Virus record (IMG/VR): IMGVR_UViG_3300035520_000763
Coordinates: 71,032-135,031 of that record
DNA from: a virus
Taxonomy: Duplodnaviria; Heunggongvirae; Uroviricota; Caudoviricetes
Length of the DNA stretch: 64,000 bases
Reading direction: 5' to 3' (one strand)
Shown one piece after another: positions 37,221-47,176 of this stretch; the first letter of the stretch is position 1, and every line of letters starts with the position of its first letter. A model generated the notes under the pieces. That model was not told where the DNA came from and ran no database searches. It worked only from the letters and a program-made list of their open reading frames with translations. The translations under genes and the position numbers were made by a program.

Positions 37221-37428
37221 TATGTCAGGATTCGACAGATTAGTAGATAACATTGAAGAGTATATCAATAGACAAGGATATACTCTCGGTGTCAATGCAG
37301 AGCCGTTACAAGATTTATTGCATTCTATTATATCTTGCTATTTTAATAATATTATAACGGATAATCAGTATGAACAGATGTATAAAAGGTTTATGCATCA
37401 AGTATACGAATTGGTGTATGAATTGTAA
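37213..37428 (+). CDS. hypothetical phage protein
   Basis: ORF track (37075..37428, N-terminally trimmed to avoid overlap). Confidence 0.45.
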   Translation: MVDMSGFDRLVDNIEEYINRQGYTLGVNAEPLQDLLHSIISCYFNNIITDNQYEQMYKRFMHQVYELVYEL

Positions 37429-37441
37429 AGCAGAAGGTAAA

Positions 37442-37735
37442 ATGGGAAGTCCAAATGTTTATTATAAAAGAGCGTTACAGTGTTTTTCACATGCATTAGC
37501 TTACGATTCTGATTTTAAATTAGCAAGAAAGCTAGAAAAAGAAACTTCTGAAGAAATACTCGAAGAGTTCATACTTAATAAGAAAAAAGAAATTCCAGAA
37601 AAAGAGTTTTATTTCTTAGCCGGAAGAGCAGAAGAGTTTGTTTTTAATGAAGCAGATCAAGATGGTTGTGAAGGTATGAATGCTTCATGTGGTGGTCTAA
37701 GTATATTTGAAGATTTTATTGGAATTGAAACATAG
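37442..37735 (+). CDS. hypothetical phage protein
   Basis: ORF track (37370..); ATG at 37442. Confidence 0.45.
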   Translation: MGSPNVYYKRALQCFSHALAYDSDFKLARKLEKETSEEILEEFILNKKKEIPEKEFYFLAGRAEEFVFNEADQDGCEGMNASCGGLSIFEDFIGIET

Positions 37736-37760
37736 AAGAGATATTCCATATGGAGGGTAT

Positions 37761-37985
37761 ATGATAAATACACATTGTAACTATCGTCTTTTTAACGAAG
37801 ATACTTATGATTCATTAGAAGAAGGAAACTATATATCCGAATTTTCTTATTGGGATGATGGACACAAAATTACATTAGAAAAAATATATATAAAAAATAT
37901 ACGAAAAGATAAAGTTACACTACTTACAACTGATGATTGGTGTGGAATAACAATTAGTATTAATGATATCGAAGGCTGGAATTAA
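37761..37985 (+). CDS. hypothetical phage protein
   Basis: ORF track (37707..); ATG after GGAGGG. Confidence 0.45.
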   Translation: MINTHCNYRLFNEDTYDSLEEGNYISEFSYWDDGHKITLEKIYIKNIRKDKVTLLTTDDWCGITISINDIEGWN

Positions 37986-37987
37986 AT

Positions 37988-38170
37988 ATGAAATATGAAA
38001 CGAGTAAAAAGATAGATAAATGGGTAGAAAATCACAGAAAAAATGGCTGTGTATCTCACACAACAGCAGGTGAGCAATTTAAATATTCATTTCTGCCAAG
38101 TAGTATTGTTGAGTGCCAAAGAGTAACGTGTCTGTGCTGCAAAGAAGAATTTATGGATTATGTAGATTGA
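37988..38170 (+). CDS. hypothetical Cys-containing protein
   Basis: ORF track. Confidence 0.45.
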   Translation: MKYETSKKIDKWVENHRKNGCVSHTTAGEQFKYSFLPSSIVECQRVTCLCCKEEFMDYVD

Positions 38171-38179
38171 GAGTATAAG

Positions 38180-38443
38180 ATGAAACTAATATTTCAGAAC
38201 AGTAGGAACGAAGAAAGAGTTATAGCTGAATGTTCTACGATAGAAGAAGTACATAAAGAAATTAATAAGTTCTTAGATACGCATAATTTTAAGAGCTATT
38301 ACACCAGAGTTATGCCGGATGGCGACAATCCGAATAGAGTTATTCTGGATGTGGGGAGTTGGTCGGAATTTTTTAAAATTGATGGTGTGACTTTTGAAGA
38401 TTATACAAATTATAATAAAACATTACAAAACAAAGGAGATTAA
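38180..38443 (+). CDS. hypothetical phage protein
   Basis: ORF track. Confidence 0.5.
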   Translation: MKLIFQNSRNEERVIAECSTIEEVHKEINKFLDTHNFKSYYTRVMPDGDNPNRVILDVGSWSEFFKIDGVTFEDYTNYNKTLQNKGD

Positions 38444-38447
38444 ACAA

Positions 38448-38576
38448 ATGGGTATTACATGCAAACCGATTGGTAAGTTTCAGAGCACAATGAGAAAGAT
38501 AGAAAATGATCTGGAACAACACAAGAAAAAGACGAAAGAGAAGAAAGAAAATAAAAAGAAAGGCGACGATAAATAA
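38448..38576 (+). CDS. small basic protein (K-rich C-terminus)
   Basis: ORF track (38394..); ATG after AAAGGAGA. Confidence 0.4.
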   Translation: MGITCKPIGKFQSTMRKIENDLEQHKKKTKEKKENKKKGDDK

Positions 38577-38577
38577 T

Positions 38578-38838
38578 ATGATTTTAGCAGATACAATTGA
38601 AAAGATGGTAAGTGATGATTACAAGGAAAGATTTAAAGCTGAATATGAGCAGTTGGTTATCAGATATTATGGTCTTTGTAATATGTTAGAAAAATGGGAT
38701 AATGACACGTTAAATTTTAATCCTACTTGTCCAAGAAGTACATATGATTTACAAATTAAAGCAATGGAAGATTATATTGCGGTATTGGAAGCAAGGGCAG
38801 TTATGGAGGGCGTTGATTTAGAAGAGGTAGTAATGTAA
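38578..38838 (+). CDS. hypothetical phage protein
   Basis: ORF track (38506..); ATG at 38578. Confidence 0.5.
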   Translation: MILADTIEKMVSDDYKERFKAEYEQLVIRYYGLCNMLEKWDNDTLNFNPTCPRSTYDLQIKAMEDYIAVLEARAVMEGVDLEEVVM

Positions 38839-39050
38839 TGCGCGATGCTGATAGACTAGATATTTTTTACGATGAATTAAAAAATATACATATGAAGAAG
38901 TTTCCAGATTTGAGATTTTGGCAGTTTATTTGTAATTTCAATCATTGGCTTACATATAAAAAACAGATTGATGGTTTTTATGTTGAAGAAGATGAAATGA
39001 TTAATCTGATTCGAGAGTTTAGCAATACGATTATGGTTTATCAAATATAA
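38838..39050 (+). CDS. hypothetical phage protein
   Basis: ORF track; ATGA-type coupling. Confidence 0.5.
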   Translation: MRDADRLDIFYDELKNIHMKKFPDLRFWQFICNFNHWLTYKKQIDGFYVEEDEMINLIREFSNTIMVYQI

Positions 39051-39160
39051 TATCACGATTATTATACTATTTTCGTGATTAATTTTTCGGCAATAATTTT
39101 AAATTACTGCCGAATTTCTACTAAGCAGATTTGGGAGTCTGCTTAGTAGGGAACTAATAC
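39040..39160. promoter_or_regulatory. cluster of three consecutive palindromes/hairpins in a 160-bp intergenic gap
   Basis: ATCACGA-n16-TCGTGAT; 30-bp near-perfect palindrome TTCGGCAATAATTT.TAAATTACTGCCGAA; 12-bp stem CTACTAAGCAGA-TTTGGGAG-TCTGCTTAGTAG. Confidence 0.5.
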
Positions 39161-39210
39161 TAACACAAATTCAAAAATCCAATATTTTTTAAATTAAATA
39201 AGGAGAAAAA

Positions 39211-39582
39211 ATGTACAAAAAATATTGTAAAAAATGTAATTCTTTTGATCTTTTTACAGAAGTTAAAGGGAATAATACTGGTCTGTATTGCAGTAAATGT
39301 GGTGCTTGGCAACAATGGATGTCTAAAGATGATATACGTTCATTTGGACATAACAAGAGCGATATGACTATAATATCTGATAATGAAAAGGATATTTTAA
39401 TTGAAAGACTTAATGCATTTGTGGAGTTCTTGGATAAAACTATTGATACAGAAATGACCAAACCTTCGTTATCTGATGAAGATGTAATTCGAAAATGTTC
39501 TTACTGTCTTGCATTACAAAGAAATAAGAATGCAATTATAAATATCTTGAATGGTAATGATTTCAATTATATAGAAAAATAA
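39211..39582 (+). CDS. hypothetical protein with N-terminal zinc ribbon (CKKC...CSKCG)
   Basis: ORF track; RBS AAGGAGAAAAA. Confidence 0.55.
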   Translation: MYKKYCKKCNSFDLFTEVKGNNTGLYCSKCGAWQQWMSKDDIRSFGHNKSDMTIISDNEKDILIERLNAFVEFLDKTIDTEMTKPSLSDEDVIRKCSYCLALQRNKNAIINILNGNDFNYIEK

Positions 39583-39655
39583 GAAAAATAAACTAAATCA
39601 GAAAGGATAAAAAGATAGGTAGCTACTAAGGACATGTCACTTTCTGGTAAATAAA

Positions 39656-40327
39656 TTGAGTAGTACAAATAGAAGCAAAGCAAGAGATACACATATTGCA
39701 GATTATTATGTCACTCCAATTGAGGACGTGGAATTATTTTTAAGAGAATTCGATAAAACAGTTAAATTGAATTGGAACAGTATTAAAATTTTAGACCCTG
39801 CTGCTGGTGGAAATTACGAAATAAGAGATGATAACGGTATTAAAGAAGTATATCATCCTATGAGTTACCCAACAGCAATACATAATATTTTTGGTAATTG
39901 TAATGTAAATAATATTGATATTAGAAATGACTCACTGGCTGAAACTAAGGGTGATTATTTATCAATGGATGACATTAAAAAATTTAAACCAGAAGTTATT
40001 ATTACGAATCCACCATTTAATCAAGCAATTCCAATTATTGAGAAAGCATTAGATGACGTTGCAGATGACGGATATGTAATCATGTTACTTAGGCTAAATT
40101 TCTTTGGCAGCAAGGATAGAAAACCATTTTTTGAGAAGTACATGCCAGAATATTGTTTTATTCACCATATTAGAATTGGATTTGTTGATAAGAAAGATGA
40201 AAATGGTTATGTATTATTTGATAAAGATGATAAACCTAAACGTGGAAGTACGGACTCAATTGAATATGCACATTATGTATGGCATAAAGGTCATTATCCT
40301 GAATTTGCGAAGATCAAGGTCATATAA
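39656..40327 (+). CDS. N6-adenine DNA methyltransferase (gamma/alpha-type; motif I LDPAAGG, motif IV NPPF)
   Basis: Motifs DYYVTP (motif X-like), ILDPAAGGN, IITNPPFN; TTG start per ORF track. Confidence 0.65.
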   Translation: MSSTNRSKARDTHIADYYVTPIEDVELFLREFDKTVKLNWNSIKILDPAAGGNYEIRDDNGIKEVYHPMSYPTAIHNIFGNCNVNNIDIRNDSLAETKGDYLSMDDIKKFKPEVIITNPPFNQAIPIIEKALDDVADDGYVIMLLRLNFFGSKDRKPFFEKYMPEYCFIHHIRIGFVDKKDENGYVLFDKDDKPKRGSTDSIEYAHYVWHKGHYPEFAKIKVI

Positions 40328-40357
40328 ATTCATCATTCAATGGGAGTAGGAGGAAAA

Positions 40358-40498
40358 ATGACAAAAGAAGTATATAGCAAAGCAGAAGAAATTAATAAAG
40401 AATTAAAGAGACTGAAACATGAATTAATGTATATTCCAGGAAATGATTCTTTCCCTAAAATTCTTAGAAGGTTTTCCATAAAGAAAAATGTTGGATGA
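40358..40498 (+). CDS. small hypothetical protein (46 aa)
   Basis: Self-translated; strong RBS GGGAGTAGGAGGAAAA. Confidence 0.4.
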   Translation: MTKEVYSKAEEINKELKRLKHELMYIPGNDSFPKILRRFSIKKNVG

Positions 40499-40666
40499 CA
40501 ACAGAAATGTGTGATAAAGATTTTCAATTAACAGAAGATGATTTTCAAGCTCTTACTAAAGTCAGATTAGATAAAATTGCTGAACTTGAAAAAGAATTAA
40601 AAGAGCTATGATGAATATAGAAGTGTCTTCTATCTAGTAATTTTCAGAAACAAGAGGTAAGAAAGT

Positions 40667-41050
40667 ATGAATATTTCATGTGATATTTGTAAATTTGGTG
40701 AGCTGCATGATTATGCCGAAGGAAATTATTATTGTAATAAAAGATGTTTCTTTAATGACAGACCCATGATACATAATTGTTCAGATGGGGAATTAGATGA
40801 ATGGTTGTATAATTTCAAATATAAACCATTAAAATCTGATAAAAATGTGTCAAAAAAATTTATGTATGAAGAATTAAAGAAAATACTTTGGGGAATCAAA
40901 TTAAAAGATACTGATACTATTACGAAAGAAATAAATGCGTTAAAAGACAAAATTACATCATATAGGGAACCGTATAAGTGTGAAACTTGCGCTGTAAAAA
41001 ATTGTGTTTCGTATGCTACTGGATGTAGAGATTGCGATGCATGGAAGTAG
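40667..41050 (+). CDS. hypothetical Cys-rich protein (multiple CxxC)
   Basis: ORF track; RBS AGAGGTAAGAAAG. Confidence 0.5.
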   Translation: MNISCDICKFGELHDYAEGNYYCNKRCFFNDRPMIHNCSDGELDEWLYNFKYKPLKSDKNVSKKFMYEELKKILWGIKLKDTDTITKEINALKDKITSYREPYKCETCAVKNCVSYATGCRDCDAWK

Positions 41051-41088
41051 TAAATTAAGTTTATTGAGAAATATATGGAGATAAAGAT

Positions 41089-41247
41089 ATGAGTATTGAA
41101 GGTGGATGGTGGACTTATACACAAGAACTAGAATATGAAACATGTCCTGATTGTGGCGGCTCTGGTAAAGATAATGCTACTTTAGATTGGAAGTGCTATA
41201 GATGTAATGGCACAGGAAGAATAAAAGTCAATAATAAAGATGATTAA
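41089..41247 (+). CDS. small DnaJ-type zinc-finger-like protein (CPDCGGSG...CYRCNGTG)
   Basis: Self-translated 52-aa ORF after RBS GGAGATAAAG; two CxxCxGxG repeats. Confidence 0.4.
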   Translation: MSIEGGWWTYTQELEYETCPDCGGSGKDNATLDWKCYRCNGTGRIKVNNKDD

Positions 41248-41269
41248 GAAAATATGAGGAAATTAGATT

Positions 41270-41575
41270 ATGAAATATAAAATTAGTGATGCTTATATAA
41301 CAATCAACGGTGAAAGTATAGCAGTCGGTACTGTTTTAGGGCAAGAAGATAAGCCAACAAGTCCATTTAGAACAGAGACAATTACAAACTCTGAATATAA
41401 AAAAGGGCTAAAAGAATTTGTTTATGGAGCAGCACGAATAGATGATATGGTATATCATCGCGTTGCAGAATTTAAGAACTTTGTTGCTTCAAGTCCTATT
41501 GAACAGAAGTGGATTGATGAATTAAAACTGATGGGATATGATACATCAAAATTAACATATACGGTAAAAAAATAA
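41270..41575 (+). CDS. hypothetical phage protein
   Basis: ORF track; RBS TGAGGAAA. Confidence 0.5.
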   Translation: MKYKISDAYITINGESIAVGTVLGQEDKPTSPFRTETITNSEYKKGLKEFVYGAARIDDMVYHRVAEFKNFVASSPIEQKWIDELKLMGYDTSKLTYTVKK

Positions 41576-41616
41576 GATAAAACAAGTTTTATGTAAATGA
41601 TAAGGAGAAAAAGATA

Positions 41617-42216
41617 TTGAGAACAGTTGTATTGGGTAAGAAAATCGAAAATAAATATGAAGTATTTTATAATCAGAATGAAATTAAGGATGATAATGGA
41701 AATTTAAAAACTGTATATACAGGTAAGCCATTTATTGAAAAGACGTCTAAAGTAAAAGAATGGGTTGAATTATGTAGCTATAATGGCGAACCAAGATATA
41801 ATTCTTTTTGGTCGTGGAATCCTATAACATCAAAAACATTAAACATTTCAGAGACAGAAAGGGTGTATATTAGTGAAGAAATTTTTAGAGCAGATCTTAA
41901 TGAAGTACACCTATATTCAAATGAGGTAGTAGAAGAAATAGATGTAAACAAAGAAGAAGCGATAGTAATTTGTGATGAACAAATTCGAGCGTTTAATAAA
42001 ATGATGATTGAGTCCAACCATAAGCTAAAAAGTTATTGTGATTTACATAAGTTGAATTATGAGGACACAGATTGCATTGAGTTGTTCAATTTAGTGTTTC
42101 ATGGCGAAGAGTATGTAATTGAAGATGGTGTTATGAAAGTAAAAGAAAAAGCACAGTCACAATTAATTTGCAGTAGCTCAGGTATTAATTTGTTATCAGG
42201 TGTTGTTCCATTTTGA
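41617..42216 (+). CDS. hypothetical phage protein (TTG start)
   Basis: ORF track; RBS AAGGAGAAAAAG. Confidence 0.5.
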   Translation: MRTVVLGKKIENKYEVFYNQNEIKDDNGNLKTVYTGKPFIEKTSKVKEWVELCSYNGEPRYNSFWSWNPITSKTLNISETERVYISEEIFRADLNEVHLYSNEVVEEIDVNKEEAIVICDEQIRAFNKMMIESNHKLKSYCDLHKLNYEDTDCIELFNLVFHGEEYVIEDGVMKVKEKAQSQLICSSSGINLLSGVVPF

Positions 42217-42267
42217 TAAAAGCAACATTTTATCACTATCAGTTTTAGTAGAAAGAGATGGTAAAAA

Positions 42268-42432
42268 ATGGAAGATAAGAAAACAGAGATGATTCAGAGA
42301 ATTAAAGATCTCGGTCAATATATTATTGACAATGCAGAAAATATTTTAGGTAATGAAAAATATATTAAGGAATTGTATTTAACGGTAAACTTCGGGGATA
42401 CAAGTGAAGCAATCTTGTATTTCGATGAATAA
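42268..42432 (+). CDS. small hypothetical protein (54 aa)
   Basis: Self-translated; RBS GAAAGAGATGG. Confidence 0.35.
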   Translation: MEDKKTEMIQRIKDLGQYIIDNAENILGNEKYIKELYLTVNFGDTSEAILYFDE

Positions 42433-42486
42433 GGATATTACACTTAATGGTTTTGTAGAAAGAATGTGATATGAGGTGATATAAAT

Positions 42487-42804
42487 ATGGAGCATATTGT
42501 ACAATTTGGCATAAATATTGATGATACAGCAATTAAAAAAGCTATTGAAAATAATGTTATGAATCAAGTTGCTGCTCAGATTAAGCAAGATACAATGAAA
42601 AGTTTAACCGGTAAGAAAGACTGTGGTAAATATGAATATACTGAAAAAGTCAAACAGCTTATTACAGAAACAACTGAAGATTTTCTTCAAGCAAATAGAG
42701 AAGTGATTATTGAGGAAACAGCTAAAAAACTTGTTGAACGACTTTCCAAAACAAAGGCTGTTAAAGATATGGTTAGTGATACATTAGAATCGTTGTTAAA
42801 TTAA
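42487..42804 (+). CDS. hypothetical phage protein
   Basis: ORF track; RBS TGAGGTGATA. Confidence 0.5.
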   Translation: MEHIVQFGINIDDTAIKKAIENNVMNQVAAQIKQDTMKSLTGKKDCGKYEYTEKVKQLITETTEDFLQANREVIIEETAKKLVERLSKTKAVKDMVSDTLESLLN

Positions 42805-42817
42805 TGGGAGGAATAAA

Positions 42818-43171
42818 ATGAGAACAGAATTACCATGTTTGCCTTTAATTCAGGAAAGATTTTTAAATGCGATTAACGCAGAATTAAATGAAAAAGAGAA
42901 GAAATATTATCCAGATTTCGAGTTTACAATGTTTTCTCAAACATGGGGAGACACGTCGTTAGGATTCGGTGGTATAGGTGGACAGGCAATTACTAAAGCT
43001 TATACAACTGTCGTAGAAGAAAAGCGTAGTGGTTGGTGTGGTGTGTTCTATGATGAAACATTAGCATACAAAATTAAGAATCCAAATGAGAAATTTAGAG
43101 AAGATATTTACAATCATGATATGAAAGCAGTCTATAAAAAAGGTGTTTATATCAGGAGAGGAGATGAGTAA
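42818..43171 (+). CDS. hypothetical phage protein
   Basis: ORF track; RBS TGGGAGGAATAAA. Confidence 0.55.
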   Translation: MRTELPCLPLIQERFLNAINAELNEKEKKYYPDFEFTMFSQTWGDTSLGFGGIGGQAITKAYTTVVEEKRSGWCGVFYDETLAYKIKNPNEKFREDIYNHDMKAVYKKGVYIRRGDE

Positions 43172-43342
43172 ATGAGAACATTGATAAATTATATCCGTTC
43201 TTGTTTTTGTAAACATGAATGGGAATGTTTGATGGAAAATGCACCAATGTATAAACAAGACTATAAATATCCTATAAAACGTGCGTGGTTGTATAGATGT
43301 AAGAAATGTGGATGTAAAAATAAAGTAACACTTGAGGGATAA
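43172..43342 (+). CDS. small zinc-ribbon protein (56 aa; CxxC...CxxC)
   Basis: Self-translated; ATG right after upstream stop; RBS AGGAGAGGAG. Confidence 0.4.
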   Translation: MRTLINYIRSCFCKHEWECLMENAPMYKQDYKYPIKRAWLYRCKKCGCKNKVTLEG

Positions 43343-43439
43343 TGGAACGATAGTTCTAACAGGAAAATAAAAATAGAATAATTATGAAAGGAGTAAGAGG
43401 TTTTGGTATACCGAAAACGCAGCGTTTACTTCTGTACAT

Positions 43440-43943
43440 ATGATTATAAATAGAGTATGGCAAATGCCAAATAGTAAAACATTCTTAATTAAGCCAATTG
43501 AAGAATTAATACATAAATATGCTTATGGCAAGATTATAGATCCATTTGCAAATAGTAATAAGTTAGCTACTATCACGAATGATTTAGATACACAATATGA
43601 TACCAATTATCATATGGATGCTTTAGATTTTCTAAAAATGTTTGACAATAATTCAGTTGATACAGTGTTATATGATCCTCCGTACAGTCCACGTCAGGTC
43701 AGTGAATGTTATAAGAATTTAGGACAAACTGTAAATATGCAAACAACACAAGCATCTTATTGGTCAAAACAGAAAGAGCAAATAGGAAGAATAGTAAAAC
43801 CAGATGGAGTTGTAATTACTTGTAGTTGGAACAGTGGTGGCATTGGGAAGAAATATGGATTTGAGATTGAAGAAATTCTATTAGTCCCTCATGGTGGTTG
43901 GCACAATGACACAATCGTTGTGGTTGAAAGAAAGAATAAATAA
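43440..43943 (+). CDS. putative small DNA methyltransferase-like protein (IIDPFANSN motif-I-like; DPPY motif IV)
   Basis: Motifs IIDPFANSNK and VLYDPPYSPRQ; only 167 aa, so activity uncertain. Confidence 0.45.
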   Translation: MIINRVWQMPNSKTFLIKPIEELIHKYAYGKIIDPFANSNKLATITNDLDTQYDTNYHMDALDFLKMFDNNSVDTVLYDPPYSPRQVSECYKNLGQTVNMQTTQASYWSKQKEQIGRIVKPDGVVITCSWNSGGIGKKYGFEIEEILLVPHGGWHNDTIVVVERKNK

Positions 43944-43981
43944 ATCTTCAATTCTATTTGGGTGATAAGTGAGGTGATATT

Positions 43982-44140
43982 ATGAAATTTATTTTAAATG
44001 GCTGCGATATATCTTTCACAGCAGAAGCACCTGAAGATATTACATTAAAACAGCTATTGGAACAATGCGATAAAATTAAACCAGATTGGTGTGCCTGTGG
44101 AATCTGCTCTTATGAAAAGAAGGATATAGGGAAGATGTAG
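43982..44140 (+). CDS. small hypothetical Cys-containing protein; coordinates approximate
   Basis: Self-translated; RBS GTGAGGTGATA. Confidence 0.3.
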   Translation: MKFILNGCDISFTAEAPEDITLKQLLEQCDKIKPDWCACGICSYEKKDIGKM

Positions 44141-44313
44141 AACCAGAAATTATTATTGGATATGACAGTATTAGAAAAGCTAGTGACGATGTGAGTTGTA
44201 GCATTATTGAAGAATAAGGAGGGATAACTATAGAAAATTTTAACATAATTGATTGTGAAAATTATATTTACATATCAAGAAATACATCAAGAAGTAATGG
44301 TTGGATATCAAGC

Positions 44314-45150
44314 ATGGAGAAGTTCTTGTTTGATGGAGAAAAAGCTGAAGAGACGAATAATAAGAATTGGTATAAACTCAGTAAAATCCCAATAGAAATT
44401 ACAGAAAAACAATCCGATAAGCATATTAATAAAAGATATGAGTTAAAAGCTGGTTATGTACCCACAGAGTTAATGCCAAATATTATTACAATGGAAATGT
44501 ATGATAGTGAAGAATATAAAGATGTTATTGGATTATATTCACTAAAATATGATACAGAAGATGGCGGTTATGAACCTATTGAATTTAATATAGAAAAAAT
44601 ATATTCAAGGAAAGATTATGAATTTGTCCCAAACAAATATAATGCAGAGGTAGATTTACTTACACAAATTGAATATCCAGAGGTTGCTTATCAAGACAAA
44701 CCATGTAAAGTAACACATAGTCAAATGTTTTCTATTATTAAAAATTATGTGAAACAAAACATAGATACAAGTTGTGCAAAAATCGAATCCGATTATGATT
44801 TTCATTTTGAAGTATCAAGAAATATTACTTTAGCAGATCCATATACAGTAAGAGTTGATGTAAATAATTCTGTATTACATAGCAGAAGGAAACCTAAATG
44901 GGTTAATAAAATGATAGCTGATAAGAAAGTAACTGTCTTAAATATTAAAAGAGACTTAGGTGATAAATCTTATGGAGATGATTGCTGTGTAGCACCTGAA
45001 ATTATTGGAGAGAATTATACGGATCTTTCTCAAAAGGTGGACAAATACTTAGAGGAATTAATGAAAACAATCAATATAAAATATTGTGAATGTCCTAATT
45101 GTAAAGGTTGGGGAATAGTGGAGGTAGAAGATGAAAACAAAATTCAGTAA
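44314..45150 (+). CDS. hypothetical phage protein (C-terminal CECPNCKG)
   Basis: ORF track. Confidence 0.5.
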   Translation: MEKFLFDGEKAEETNNKNWYKLSKIPIEITEKQSDKHINKRYELKAGYVPTELMPNIITMEMYDSEEYKDVIGLYSLKYDTEDGGYEPIEFNIEKIYSRKDYEFVPNKYNAEVDLLTQIEYPEVAYQDKPCKVTHSQMFSIIKNYVKQNIDTSCAKIESDYDFHFEVSRNITLADPYTVRVDVNNSVLHSRRKPKWVNKMIADKKVTVLNIKRDLGDKSYGDDCCVAPEIIGENYTDLSQKVDKYLEELMKTINIKYCECPNCKGWGIVEVEDENKIQ

Positions 45151-45400
45151 AGATTATTTAAAGAATGAATTAGATTTGCCATATGAAAATACTATTGTAG
45201 ATAACATTGTTGATACTACAAGATGGTCTGTTGTCCATGAAATCGTTTTTGCAGATAAGGGTAAATTTTATAGAACGACTTATTCAGAAGGTGCGACTGA
45301 AATTCAGGATGAAAGACCTTGGGAGTATGAAGATGAAATTGAATGTGAAGAAGTTGAGTTAAGAGAAGTAAAAGTTAAGAAATGGGTGCCGGTTGAGTAA
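45131..45400 (+). CDS. hypothetical phage protein
   Basis: ORF track; overlaps upstream gene by 20 nt. Confidence 0.45.
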   Translation: MKTKFSKDYLKNELDLPYENTIVDNIVDTTRWSVVHEIVFADKGKFYRTTYSEGATEIQDERPWEYEDEIECEEVELREVKVKKWVPVE

Positions 45401-45532
45401 ATAATATTAGATGTGGTTGTAGAAGAAAAAACATATACTATATATAGTGTTACTGGAAACTACAACCACAATATATAGATTAAAAATCCAGATAGAATTT
45501 TTGTTTTATCTGTACAAAAAGGAGAAATACAT

Positions 45533-45895
45533 ATGGAAGATGATTTCATTGGTATCAATAAATATTTATATTTTGATAAAAACTCTGGTCGCTTTTGTTT
45601 AACATCAGAAGCTTCAGAAATTATATACAGACAGAAAAATATTATATGTAGTTATTCCGGTGCAGATGAATGGATAAATAATTTTGTATTAGAAATGATG
45701 AATTTTTATACTGGTTCAAGTCCATATAATTATTCATTAGGAACTTGCGATCATCACGAAGCGTTTCCAAGAATTTTCAAAGAAAATAAAGAAAGATTGT
45801 GCGAATGGGTAGAAAAATCTTTGAATAAAGAATGGGGAATACATATGTATAAAATGATTGAGAATATTATTGATGATGTTCCTGTCTGTGAATGA
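45533..45895 (+). CDS. hypothetical phage protein
   Basis: ORF track; RBS AAAGGAGAAATA. Confidence 0.55.
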   Translation: MEDDFIGINKYLYFDKNSGRFCLTSEASEIIYRQKNIICSYSGADEWINNFVLEMMNFYTGSSPYNYSLGTCDHHEAFPRIFKENKERLCEWVEKSLNKEWGIHMYKMIENIIDDVPVCE

Positions 45896-45907
45896 GGTAT
45901 AAAAAGT

Positions 45908-46126
45908 ATGTTCAAAAAATATGAAGTAGAACAGATAATTAAGGACAGCCTTCTCGATGTAGATGGAAGGTTGGATGATAAACCAAATGAAGATGGCTTA
46001 CATGATATATATTTTGTTAATGTAGAAGATAGTAGCGATGGAATTATTGCAGAATTCATTACTTTCCATGATAAGGAAAATCACGAACATGATAAATATA
46101 AAATTACAGTTGAGTTTTTAGGATAA
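45908..46126 (+). CDS. hypothetical phage protein
   Basis: ORF track. Confidence 0.5.
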   Translation: MFKKYEVEQIIKDSLLDVDGRLDDKPNEDGLHDIYFVNVEDSSDGIIAEFITFHDKENHEHDKYKITVEFLG

Positions 46127-46413
46127 TTTTTCTTTGTTCTATCAGAGATAAAAATATTAAATAAAAAGAAGAAAATACATATGCAGTGGAGGAATAAACA
46201 ATCTTACAAAGAATTGGTAAAAAGAAATCAATTGGTTTCTTAATAGTAGACTCTAATGACAGATAGGTTGCCCTACCGGTTCAATTCCGGCGGTATTTAT
46301 AACAGTGAAATAGCTGACAATACTGGGTCTGATTTGGTAGAAGGGAGTGGGTAGCTATGTGTGGTGTAAATCCGCACCTGCATATTAAAAGAATCGAAAA
46401 AAGGAGGCATATA

Positions 46414-47142
46414 ATGTACGATTATCCAGATTATGAAGATTTTTATGAACCTTCCGAATTTGAAATGCAGATTGAAGAGTTCAAGAATACATTAAAGCAA
46501 TCTGTGTCTAAGGAATGGATTGACAAAATGAACACATTAGAAAAAGAAAATGCAGAATTACAAGAAGTAAAGAAAAATTTTGAGTCAATCAAAAGAGATT
46601 ACGAGTATAAAAAGAATGAATGTGAAAGAAAAGCAGAAACAGCTATTAAAAATGCAGAATATGATGCCAGACATTTACGATTAAAAGAATTAATGCAGGA
46701 TGTTCAGTATACATATTTTAGGGCTCAGAGTGCTTATAAGTATGGGCTAAAGTGTAACAAGTGTGACGAAAAAAGAAGAATACATTATAAAACACCTTCT
46801 GGAAAAAATGCTAATGAACAATGTGAATGCGCAGCAAGAATTAAGATTTTAGTTCCTGAAGAAATGGTGATACATGAATTATCTTTAAGAGATAAAGACA
46901 GTAAACGTATTAATGTATGGTTCACTCAACATAAGTCGTCGTATGATGTAGATTGCTATTATACACCAATTGATTATCTCGCTGATAAAACTGTTGTTGA
47001 GAATGATGAAGATGTAACGAAACTTAACGTAGAAAAAGAAAGAGATTTATATTTTAGAACAAAAGAAAAATGTCAGGAATATTGTAATTGGTATAACGAA
47101 AATATACTAGGTGTAAAAGCACAAGAGTTGTTTGATGAATAA
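46414..47142 (+). CDS. hypothetical protein with coiled-coil N-terminus and Cys cluster
   Basis: ORF track (46357..); ATG at 46414 after AAAAAGGAGG. Confidence 0.5.
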   Translation: MYDYPDYEDFYEPSEFEMQIEEFKNTLKQSVSKEWIDKMNTLEKENAELQEVKKNFESIKRDYEYKKNECERKAETAIKNAEYDARHLRLKELMQDVQYTYFRAQSAYKYGLKCNKCDEKRRIHYKTPSGKNANEQCECAARIKILVPEEMVIHELSLRDKDSKRINVWFTQHKSSYDVDCYYTPIDYLADKTVVENDEDVTKLNVEKERDLYFRTKEKCQEYCNWYNENILGVKAQELFDE

Positions 47143-47176
47143 ATCCTTTCTTTTATAAGGAGAAATGAGGTGAGAA

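Noticed and set aside
40104-40349. ORF 40104..40349 overlapping the 3' end of the MTase gene in another frame
   Set aside because: Embedded in MTase coding sequence; no RBS; spurious.
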